A stretch of DNA of 64,000 nucleotides from Lytechinus pictus (taxonomy: Eukaryota), in the NCBI RefSeq assembly GCF_037042905.1, contig NC_087251.1:5892001-5956000 (forward strand). The letters are read 5' to 3'. The notes under the pieces were generated by a model that did not search any database, was not told the DNA's origin, and was given only the letters and a program-made list of their open reading frames with translations. Positions 53,243 to 64,000 of the stretch are shown here, one piece after another (within the stretch, counting starts at the first letter, position 1; each line of letters starts with the position of its first letter). A program made the translations under genes and the position numbers.

Positions 53243-53300
53243 CGCACGTGTACCTGGGGGCGGAGTTACAATTGGCAGGTGCATAACTTTCAACCAATCA
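53243..53300. promoter_or_regulatory. Promoter-like motif cluster
   Basis: CACGTG (53245), GGGGCGGAGT GC box (53257), ATTGG (53271) and CCAATCA (53294) within 60 bp, outside any recognisable repeat. Confidence 0.4.
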
Positions 53301-55110
53301 TCTAGCAGGGCAAGGTCCTTAGTATGTGGAATGTTCCTAATACTCTGTCTTCTCCATTTTTCTATCTCCTCACACATCCTCATTCTATCTCAACATGTTT
53401 CCTGATGACCTTCTTTTGAGCTGGATGAATGTCTGTAATGGAAACATTAATGAGTTTGTGAAACAGAAATCTAAACCTTGCTACAGGTGTAGCTGTGTGT
53501 CTCTTGAGAGTTTTCTTGTACGAAGAATAAAGTTAGGCATGATGCAAAAGAAGGTTATTCTGTTTCCATGAAAATTTAAGAAGGAAACGGAGTAGGAAAA
53601 AAATTGAATGAAGAGTAAGGAAACTGCAAACATGCCTGGGCTTGAATGTGCTGAATGTTAATGAAGGAACAGTAGGGATTTGGGGGCTATCCATAAAAGG
53701 GCATGAAATGAAAAGGGTTTTTTCCCCTCCATCTTTAGTTCAGTGACCGCTGGGGACTGAATGAAAAGAAGTTGTACTCTCAGTGCATGGATGATTGGTC
53801 AGAAGTTAGCTGGTTGGATTGCATGTCTAATGACCATGAGTAACCTCGACTAGACACATACAAACAGGCAAAGGTTATTCATCAAGCCCCTTACCTCATT
53901 AATGAAGGCACGCTTAGTGTTATTACCCCACAGGATGGTGTGACATTCATTTGCAGTAGAGATAGTTTGACAGTATTGTTGATGTATAATTCAACAAAGA
54001 AGTTAAGTTGATAAATCCCACATGTAAGAGATGGTAGTTTTTTATACTGTTTTTAATGGTTCTTATGAAAGCATTTCTGGTTTCACCCCATCTCACTTTC
54101 AGAGATGCATGAGCAATCAGTTAAAGGGCTAAGAAATAAAGGGATAAAATTAGAAATTCATGGTATATCTTTGTTTGTCTTTTAACTATACCAAAAGTGA
54201 CTTTGTGAACTTGTCATTCAGATGAGGAGGATCATAGAAATCATAGCAAGGTTACTTTTTTTTATAGAATTTTATATAATAGACCTAGATTTTATTTTGC
54301 ATTTCACGATCATTGCATTTGATATGGTGATGATCAAATAAAGCTTTAAAAGCTGAGATTTTCTTCCATATTTTGTGTCTATGTCAGCAAATAAAATGGC
54401 ATATAAGCTTTCTTTACTGCTATTGTATTTGATGTGAATAGGGCTGAACAGAGTTTTCCTTTTGTAGGTCACCACTTGAACCCCAATCCTGGGAAAAGGT
54501 GCCAGGGTTCGAGAACAAACTTTCCTGAAAGCCTTTCAGCGTTTCCCGCATCTTCTTTTGATGACGATAAAGGAAGGATGGTCGGCTCCAACACGCAATG
54601 CGTGAATCAGAACATGAGACAAGTCTGGACTTGTCTGCTCACCGTGTGTTTGAGAACATTGATGGTGTTTAGAGGGAAAGCAAAGCCAAGCATTGTAAAG
54701 ACTTTGGTGTGATCCATTCTCCATCCTTTCCTAGTAGAAATCATTCTCTTCTTGACAAACCTCAGGGAACTAAATCCTTCTAATGTATATTGGCAAGAGA
54801 GGAAATATAAACACGGACCCTGGGCAAAGATTTCATATTATTTTCAGGACTGGATTTTTTCCCTTTAATTGAAGGCTGTCATATTGGGCTTCAAGTAGCA
54901 ACAAAAAGTACCTTGTAAGAACCTCACGAAAACAGGCTTACCAAAAATCAATGATTATTCCTTGTTCGTGAATATAAGAAATATACACAAGTGAAAGCAA
55001 ATCTCATGCATTTAAAAGCAATTAATGTAATTTCTTACATTTGTGCTTTATTCTTATTCCCAGCTTTCTTTATTAAAAAGTGCAAGAAATAGAAATGTCT
55101 TTGTTACCTG

Positions 55111-55843
55111 GGGTGGTATTGTGGAACACTGTCATAACTTTTGTCATAAATTTTGTCATTTCTCTCCGAGATGTGACACCGCTATGATTGTCACAAATTG
55201 GTATTCTGAAGATTGTCTTTTTCCTGTCACATCTCTCTAAGTTCCCGCCCATCTTTTTGGAAGCAAACCAATCAAACTCATCATTAGTTCCCAGTGGGAG
55301 CCCTTCTAGCCAATAGGAAGGCCCCGTGGCAGGTAGGGCATATCCCCAATACAGTTGCTGGCATCGCGGAACTACGCGTATATTGATGCGCTTAATTACA
55401 AAGAGAGACAGGGAGCTTTGAAGGATTTTAGAGGAGAACTAGAAAAAGAAGGAAAACAGAGAAAAAAGGAGGAATTCATATGTAGGGCCTAACTAATTGT
55501 AGCATGAAAAAATAATTTTGAAAATTGTCATGGATGATGAGTAAAACTAATACTACAATATGCTTGACATTTAGTTGGCAGGGTTTCGGGATATTTAGTA
55601 CAAAAAGATATGACAAAATTTATGACTGCTACCCCCCTGTCATAACTTTTGTCATATCTTTTGCTTGTATAAAAGGATTACACGTATTTAAAGCCGCGTA
55701 TTTTTGGTGCGCGCTAAAAAGAAGAGACAAAATTTATGACAATTTTTGTGACAAAAGTTATGACATCCACCAGAATACCGATTTTGTCATATCTCTGAGA
55801 AAAGATAAAATATGGAGAAAAGACAATGTTCAGAATACCGCCC
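55111..55843. mobile_element. PIF/Harbinger-like MITE
   Basis: CTG|gggtggtattgtggaacactgtc ... gacaatgttcagaataccgccc|CTG; repeated ttgtcat/atgacaa subterminal motifs. Confidence 0.75.
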
Positions 55844-58525
55844 CTGGAGTTTTTGTCTTAGTACTCAAAGTGCACATAATACCTGGAATTCTTGGTAGAG
55901 ATTGATTTCATTATTTTTTTATTATTTGTTCCCAGGTTCTGTTGGGGAGAAAGACCGGCAGGTCATTCAACCAAGGAGATATCCTTGATTCAACCCTATT
56001 ACCTCCTTCATACCAACCCTCCCTGTTCATGATTAAATGTATCCCACATGTAACGTAACATCTTACTTAATTGGATTTGGCATGGTAGAATACATTTACA
56101 CCTTCTCTTCATCAAGACAACAAATCTTCTGACAAAGTGTTTACTATGTTTTCATATCCTTTTAATTAGGTAATGGACAGTGTGATGGATACATGTATTT
56201 CCTCTTTTCAAAAGTGACTTGATTAGTAAAGACATTTAGCTTACTTGGTGCCATGAGAAAGGACCTGATGTTTTGTAAAACTAAATTTTGTCTCAAACTG
56301 TCAGGCTTCCAAATAAGATAGGTTATCGGTGAACTAACTGTCCAGTATATTGTATCTATGTTCAAGGGACTTTTAGGTGATTTTGAAAATCACTATTTCA
56401 TCCATATAGCCTGCAATTTATGTATGTTTTTTTAATGAACTTTCTACTTTACCACAATATTTACCTGGATCTTGCTCTGACTTTGATATTGATACATTTG
56501 TTTGTAGAAATCTCGATATGGGATTACACTCAGAGAAAACTATTGCCCTACATGCATAGAATGATTATAATCATAAATTTAACAATATTTGTTATCATCC
56601 CATTTAAGTTTATAGCTTCCTTAGGGCTGATAATAGAGAGGATGATGGTTGGTTGTTAGACCTTTTCACATCTAACTTAGATGTAAATCTGAAATTCAGA
56701 GTAAAAGGCCAACAACCCACTGCTATGAATCACAACACAGGTCATGTGATGTCAGTTATCTTCTCTTGTCAGTAAATATATTTCTACCCTTTGCTCAGTG
56801 ACCTATATTCATTGTCTTCCTAAAAGCCTACAGCTGATACTGCAAATTTTGTTTAGGTAAATGACGCAAACGGTGGCAGTGAACCCCACAAAGTTGTCAC
56901 ACTTAAAAAATGCAGTCAGCTGGAAGGAAATGGAGGCTGGATTGAATACAAATGGTGGAATTATTTTCTTTTATTGTGACTGTTTTGCATGAAAGATTAT
57001 CTGATTTTGTGGGATAGCAGTTTGAGTCATCATCCATTCTCATTTCTGACTTTTTCCTCAACATTTTGAGTTTTAATTTCTTCTTTCTGTTTCCATCCTT
57101 TGGTTTGATATGTTTTCTAATCACTTTCAAACAAAAATGTGTTCACATTAAGAAAAAATAACAGTGATTTGTAAAAAGAAATAAAAATGGTGTAAGGTTG
57201 TCAGGTCTTACTTTGGATAGTTAGTTATACAATTTTTCAAAAAAAAATAAATTTTTATTATTACTATTAATTAAAATGCCCATTTGTTCTTTTTAAAAAG
57301 GACATGACAGAAGGTATGTTTGTGAATTTACTACATTTTGAATAAGTGTGTTTTGAGGGTAGATTTAAATTCATTTATTATTTGATACTTCAGTTTTGGA
57401 GGCTATTCAATAAAACTGGTATGGCATGAGATATGTGATCAGTAGTTCTTTATTTTTACTGAACAGAAAGCATTTTCACAAAGAAAATAACATTGAAATT
57501 ATAAAAATAATCTATTTCCCCAGAATAGGAAGAACTTTGTAATAGAATCAATATAATTCTGTCTTTATGGTAATTGATTTGGCCCTGATATATGAAGTTC
57601 AAATAAAAATCAGATTTTTATCTTTCTTGTTTTTGACTGAAATTCCTTCAATCACTTTTTTGGTCATTCATTATATTGCATTCATTTTCATCTCGCATTC
57701 TCTCAGATGGATGATGTCACCTCTATTTTTAGAACCTTAGGGTTTGTGAGCCCTTCTCCCCTATTCTCATATTTTATTTTCTGTTTGTTCAGTCGATGAC
57801 ACCCTTTAGTAATTCCATTTTTCCCTGCCGGATGCACCACGCTTTCAATTAAATGCTCTTTAGAGCCGTGCCATGACACAGTCATTGGATGAAACATGAC
57901 ACCCATGAACAAAGTATGATGGGTAATAGTAACACCCATCTCCTCTTCCCTACCATGCATTAGTCAATACTATTAACCTCTTGATTGCTAATTACTATTG
58001 TCTTCATTTCATTGCAGTCTGAACTGTGGGTAATGAGCACATGATCTGTTGTGCCATGTTTGACGTTTCTCCCTCAGGCCATGTTATTCCATACACCAAC
58101 CTGTCAGTCAGATACCAAGCAATTCCCTGAATCATCCCAATTTATGCATTAGTCATGTGAAGATTAATATCATTGTCACACAATTAAAAGGAAGGGACTT
58201 TCCTTTGTCCATTATTTGAAACTAATTTACATATTTTATTAATTCTACTAAGTATTCATTTTAGCAGTAACATTCTATTCTATATATTCCTTTATCGTTG
58301 AAGGACATTAGTTTGATTTGGTTTGATTTGATCGAAAAACGAAAGCCGTACTTGACATTGTACAAAAATAGAAAGAAATGAAAGAAAATATAAGCACATA
58401 AAGATGGATCACTGTTCTTCGTAGATGTTCTGGATGCATGCCTTGTATTTATTTAAGGAATAAAAAAAAAAGGGGGAAGTAGAAAGAAAAAGAAAGTGTA
58501 TGGAAAGGGATAGCTTAATTGTGCT

Positions 58526-59080
58526 ATATATGATCATCTATATAGAGTCTTTTAGTGATACATTAAAAACTGTAAAAAAAATAGTCATTTGGAATAAAAA
58601 AAATGCATATCTTAGTCTGCGTCAATTGCCTGTGCAGTATCAGAGCATATCCCTAAAAGGACAAAAATCCGATGAATATCCCATAAGCTCCTGTACAAAA
58701 TTTGCTGTTGAATATGAGACCTGCGAATGCGTGAAATATGCAACACGTACAGCAATGCGCAACGTGTACATCAATGCGATACGCAGCATAGCACAATTAC
58801 GCTCAATGACATCATAATGAACTACATGTAAGTCGCATGTCAACGACCAAATTTGATCCTATGAAGTGATGATGCCAAAATGTGATAAGTGATATATCTT
58901 GTTAAATTAAATTTCTCCCTCTTTTTTTTTTTGGGGGGGGGTGGGATAGATGATAATAAATATATTGGATGGCTCTATTTCATGAAATACCAGAAATATT
59001 CCACTCATTAGGGCCAAATATTTTCCCAAACTCTTAGAATATTTCTGGATTTCCATTCTGAGCCATCCTTTATAATATAA
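58526..59080. mobile_element. Older element with the same end geometry as 20884-21397
   Basis: Terminal hairpin ggatggctc...ccagaaatattc / gaatatttctgg...gagccatcc (58961-59074); adjacent atagatgataataaata is a partial inverse of tatatatgatcatctat at 58526; CpG-rich interior. Confidence 0.4.
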
Positions 59081-60369
59081 ATATCTGTATGTTCAGTTTT
59101 ATTAATTTTATAATCAAACTTTTTGTTGGATCATCTCCCCCCCCCCCCCTCCATCAGATTTCCCTCTGACGTCATACCTTGTAGCGTATGATTGTCTTAA
59201 AGTACTCAATTATTTACCCTTCCCTATTTTTTTCTAACTTTCCCCTCTTGTATTTTTATGTGAACAACCTTTCAACCAATAGCCCCCAATCAGCTCCTCC
59301 TTTTACGCCTACATCTCTTCTTATATTTCTGTTGCTCTCTCTTCTCTCTCCCATTCCTCACCCCCTCCCTTTCTTTCCAAGACATTTTCTCCTGATTTCG
59401 TGATTCTTTTCATTCATATAAGACATAAGAACCATGAGAAATCTGTATTATTCATTCATTGGGGCCATCAAAAGTCAATGACATATGTATGCATGTGAAG
59501 AAAACAACTTATGCTGTAAAATTCAAACATTATCTGTCCCAATTCTGGTTGAGTGTATTTGATTTATAACAATTTGAATAAAAGTAGTCCAGTAAAATTG
59601 ATATATTTCCTTTTTAAGCCAAATTAAAACTGCAGAGAAATAATGTTGCACTATTGCTGTTGATAGAGAAGAAATTTCAAATAGATTGGAGATCGTAAAC
59701 GAATCTGTCAAGCTCCACTTTTTTCTGCTGTTCCAATAGTTATTGTGTCACTGCCTGAAGGATATATGTGACATACATTCCCCCTCTTCATGTTTAGTTA
59801 TTACTGGAGATATGGTGAGGTATTATGATTTATTCAGTGATTAAAAAGGAAATCATATGATATTTATGCCTGATTTTGAGTGCTAGATAGTTAATGAAAA
59901 TGGCATATATTAATTTTAAAAGCAGCGGGGGAAGGTCTGATTTACTGCAAATAACCTCATTTTCTTTCCTTGTAGAAACATCTCAATGAGGCCCCACTAT
60001 AAGAATACCATAATATCAAAGAAACGTTTGTTTCAAATTATTTTTCAAAAAACAAGATTCAGCACCAGGGCCATGGGAATGATTCTTTTGCTGGGGGTAC
60101 TAAAGTAAATTTGATAAGCAAAACAAAAAAAAAAGAAAAAAAGGGAGTTTCAATACAAAATTGAGGTCGTTTTGGTCACAAGAAATTTGACAAGCAAAAA
60201 AAATAAATAAATAAGATAGATATATGCACATGTAATGCCAAGTAATAGGCCATATGCCTTGATTCACCCATGTGATAGGTCCATGATTCACCATATGACC
60301 CCAGACATACAATTTGTTATCTTTCATTTTAATGATTGTTCCTCTATCTTTTGTTTCTCTTTCTTGTAG

Positions 60370-60435
60370 GTACTTCTTGGTCTCCCGTTTGGACAAGAAA
60401 TTGACATATGGTCTCTTGGCTGCATCTTAGCTGAG
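60370..60435 (+). CDS. Kinase exon, subdomain IX: VLLGLPFGQEIDIWSLGCILAE
   Basis: DIWSLGCILAE motif; long pyrimidine tract plus TAG acceptor; GAG|GTACGG donor; phase 0 at both ends. Confidence 0.93.
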
Positions 60436-61112
60436 GTACGGTTTGAAAATAAAATATAAGAAATTCATGCTGTCATTTTACAAATTAATCATTTGGTAAA
60501 CATCCTTTGAAGATAATTCTTTAAATTTGAATTGCATTGGGTTGAGTGGGATTCTAACCAGCCTATTCCATGCTACTAACTTCTTGATACAAAACTCAGT
60601 AGAGTTTGATAATTTTTCTAATTTGTTGAAATGCAGTTCAGCAATGATTGGAGCTGTGCTGTGGTGTTAAAAATATTGGCATTGGTGAACAGTTAGTCTG
60701 TGGAACCATTAAGTAAATTGGTTGGAAAAAATAAAGAAAAGCTGCATAATGTCTATAGAAGCTACATCCCACCTTCAATCATTCATAGTCTGTATTGATG
60801 TGTACAGTAATAGAAAAAACACCCTCTTAGCTCATTAAAGTATGTCCACATTGAATTAATGAGACTATTGCATAATTGCTGCTTTTTTCCAATTTCTGCC
60901 ATATCCTTGATTCATTTAAGTAGCTAGCTCACCAAGTAATCTTAGGCCAGTACCGTATAGCTTAGCTATTGATCATACAGTTGCCTTTGCAATTGATTTT
61001 AATGAGTGATTGAACCTAATGATCAATGAAGTGTTCTTCCACCAATCAGCAAGCTTTGTTCCGATGAGTCTATTTTTGTAAGTGGTTCATTCTATTTCCT
61101 TCTTCATCATAG

Positions 61113-61269
61113 CTTTACCTAGGGAAGCCCCTATTCTGGGCCAAGCAGAAGAAAGAGCTTTTGAGCCAGATGACATCACTGTTTGGTCCACTCCCAACTA
61201 AAGTCTACCAGAGGGCCAAGTTCTTCACTCAATTCAAGGAAGCAGTCGGACAACCCCTGTCATTCATGG
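61113..61269 (+). CDS. Kinase exon, subdomain X/CMGC insert: LYLGKPLFWAKQKKELLSQMTSLFGPLPTKVYQRAKFFTQFKEAVGQPLSFM
   Basis: Continues AE|LYLGKPLF as in DYRK/HIPK ELFLGWPLY/ELYTGxPLF; pyrimidine tract plus TAG acceptor; G|GTATGC donor at 61270 (3' boundary less certain). Confidence 0.87.
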
Positions 61270-62386
61270 GTATGCTATACATGTCCTGAGGAGATTCTAA
61301 ACTTTGTTCCAAAAGAAACTTATCAAACTTCACATGCCCACTACACAAATTCCACTCAGTCAAAGTGAACAAAATTTTGACACAGGCTAGCTTTAATAAT
61401 CTTTTCTAAGCACATGTCAATGATTAAGAGATTGGTATAATAATAAAGAAACTGTAGCCCCTCATATCAATTGGTTCCTGAATCCAAAGTCACAAAATGG
61501 CAAAAGAAAGACTAGTGAAAATGAGATGGGATGAAACCAAATAGTCGTTCTTTGCTTAACTGATATTGAGTCCATTTGTGCATTATGCTTCTCTGACCTC
61601 AATAGATAATTTTAACTTCCTGTAACTTCTTAGTTTTTGTAGCAATCAATTAAACATGCCAATGGTCATACTGTAACTTTAATAAACTAGTAAGTTTGTT
61701 TGATCCGATCTCATTCCCATCTCATTCTAACCCCAAACTTCTCAGGTCTTGGATGACCTACTAATGTAATAGATTGCAAAGTAACCATTGATTACCAAAG
61801 GAAATTAATTAGGGATATACCCTGCTCACTTAAAACTAAAAAACAATAACAACAAAACAAAATAAAATGCAGCTCTGAAAATTTTCCATGATCATGATCT
61901 AAACCACTCTGAAATAAAATCTTGTTAATCTTTGGGAAAAAAAATCATCTCCTTTTTTAATGTATTTTTAAAGTAAGCTTGCATGTAAGCCAAAATATGA
62001 TTATGATATAAATGGTTTTAAAGAGATTTAAAGCCCAATGTGTGGTTTATATTCATTTTGACAAGCTCCTGTCATTACTATTACCACTACCGTAACCACC
62101 ATCACAAACCACAAACATTTTCATGCCTACCCTTGTGGTCACACTGACAGTTTCTGATTTAAGTAGATAACATAATCAATTACATACTTTATCAGTCAAT
62201 AGTTGATGAAATAATATGATAACCTACAAAATTTCCTGCTGGTATTGGTTTCTTAATACAGTTGAAAAAGAATTGTTATTTAAATGGCAATTGAAGATGT
62301 ATGCCTCGTAAGGCATCTTCTCCTTTCCACATATTTAACCCGCCCCCTTTTTTTTCTTAGCTGTTGCACATTTCATTTTAAGTATA

Positions 62387-63022
62387 CAGTGTGTATCAAA
62401 AAAAGTTTACACTTAGAAAAAATCCTGTAAAATTATACATTTGGAATATCCTGAAGATTTTTCCATATTTTAACATTGGTACAGATCCATTTAAGCAAAT
62501 GATGATATAACTGTCTAAAAATATTTCCGCTTGAGTGAGCACCACTTACTTTTGAAAAGTTAGTGAAAAATGATTTGCGCAGAACTTTGAAATAGTTATG
62601 TGAATAAAAGTAGACCTTAATCATTAAGAAAACATGGAATTTAGCTAGTAAAACTGATTTGAAGATATCTTTTACCTTTTTAGAACTTGTTTCCTTGCCC
62701 AAAACACTTCGAAGAGTGCAAAGCGCCCTACCCCACTCCCCCACACACCGAAATATATGAGAAATGTTTCACAGGGTAAGTTTGATTTCGCCCTTTCCCA
62801 TTGACACAGCGTGAAAACAAGCATTTCTGCGCAAACAGATTTCTGCGAGCTTGACGAAAATGGACAGTGCTCACTCAAGTGTAACATTCTGTCAAAACTT
62901 TTACTTTCATTGGATAGATGAGACCCAAACCCAAGAATATATGTGAAAAATTACCCACATGTTGTATATTATTTAATTCCAAGGGCTTTTTCAAAGTATA
63001 AACTTTTTTTTTTAAAGCAATG
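62387..63022. mobile_element. Tc1/mariner-type MITE
   Basis: TA|cagtgtgtatcaaaaaaagtttacacttagaaaaa ... tttttcaaagtataaacttttttt..caatg|TA; inner inverse motifs cttgagtgagcac / gtgctcactcaag and tttgcgcagaa / ttctgcgcaaa. Confidence 0.75.
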
Positions 63023-64000
63023 TATAGTAAAATTGCAGCTCTACACCTACTCCAGGATATTGCCATGTGTTATCAAGAAAGAACAAGTTCAGATTGTCGT
63101 ACCCTTTTTCAGATTTTTTTATCACTCTTTCTCATTTTGTGATTTAAGATTTCCGCATTTTAATCAAGGGTCAAATTATTCCAGAGGCCACTGTAGATGA
63201 TATTGGCAATAGAAGCACATTACCTTTTATATTACAGAATGAAATGTCTGACTGATTGCTAGTTTTCTTCTTATCTGATGAGAAATTTTTCATGTGAATG
63301 AAGAAAAAAAAAGTGCCTATGTGTTTTCCTGGAAAAAGGGAAATGAAAGGGAAACTACAATTCTTGCTTGTTTAAAAACCGTACACATCAAAGTATAGCA
63401 TTGTTAATGACCATTTTTCTTCATCAGAATTTCATAAGAACAAAAAAACTTTTTTTTTTTCATTCTTACCTCTAGGGTTTTAATCTCATTGATGCATATA
63501 AAGCTGGCACAAATTGGCACATACTCTACAAAGTAAATCAGCTGTTTGTCTCTCCAGAGAGAAACAGGTTCAATAAACTGTGGGATCCAAGTAGGAGATG
63601 TTTCATGAAGCAAATACCCAGTAATGCATGACTTTATGAAGGACAAATATGAAGTGCCAAAATATAAACTCAATATTCTTTTGATTTGTGAAGATGTATT
63701 TCAGATCTTCTAATGATTATATTACAATTCTGCAATTGATATTTTGATTATAATAGTTTTGTAAATGATAATTTTATCAGCATAATTCAACCTAAGCTAA
63801 TGTGATTCAAACTGATTGAAAAATCTTCCCTGGCTTATCATAGTCTCCAGTTATTCATATAGTCATGTGTAACTCTACAAACAGATTTATGAAAAAGCTC
63901 CCCTCCAAGAATAGAATATAAAAGTTAGAAAATGATTTTTTTTGTGAATAACACACCAACATTTCAAGTGGTTTAGCAAACATGTTCCAACATGTTCTCT

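Larger units (their letters stand above)
6784..60369 (+). other. 53,586-bp phase-0 intron of the kinase gene
   Basis: GT...AG ends; joining 6783 to 60370 gives YRAPE|VLLGLPF, contiguous with the HIPK/DYRK pattern YRAPEIILGLPF, leaving no room for an intervening constitutive coding exon. Confidence 0.85.

Noticed and set aside
53796..53817. Resemblance to the miR-34 3' half (agttagctggttg)
   Set aside because: Seed does not match and no complementary star arm is evident.
63056..63100. Possible next kinase exon after ctccag
   Set aside because: Weak acceptor and donor and no subdomain XI motif (DP..R).

Overview
AT-rich, repeat-dense animal genomic DNA; the repeat repertoire resembles echinoderm/sea-urchin DNA (inference only). 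Nearly all listed ORFs look spurious. The only supportable host gene is three + strand exons of a CMGC protein kinase related to DYRK/HIPK (6662-6783, 60370-60435, 61113-61269). They splice in frame to ...IKVIDFG...YRAPE|VLLGLPFGQEIDIWSLGCILAE|LYLGKPLF..., and the first two are separated by a 53,586-bp intron. The activation loop has Glu and Leu where DYRK/HIPK kinases have the phospho-Tyr and one of its Arg ligands. The intron holds many, often nested, mobile elements. These are a degenerate DIRS1-type tyrosine-recombinase retrotransposon with recognisable ITR/ICR ends, four Helentron-type (HINE/DINE-like) elements with 153-193-bp tandem units carrying DR1 motifs, MITEs of several superfamilies, a tRNA-derived SINE and LINE 3' ends. 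The most unusual items are two short non-coding insertions that carry an internal copy of their own end-to-end junction (one demonstrably lacks a TSD), a G-U-rich 169-nt hairpin, a palindrome-saturated 700-bp island and an intronic promoter-like motif cluster.
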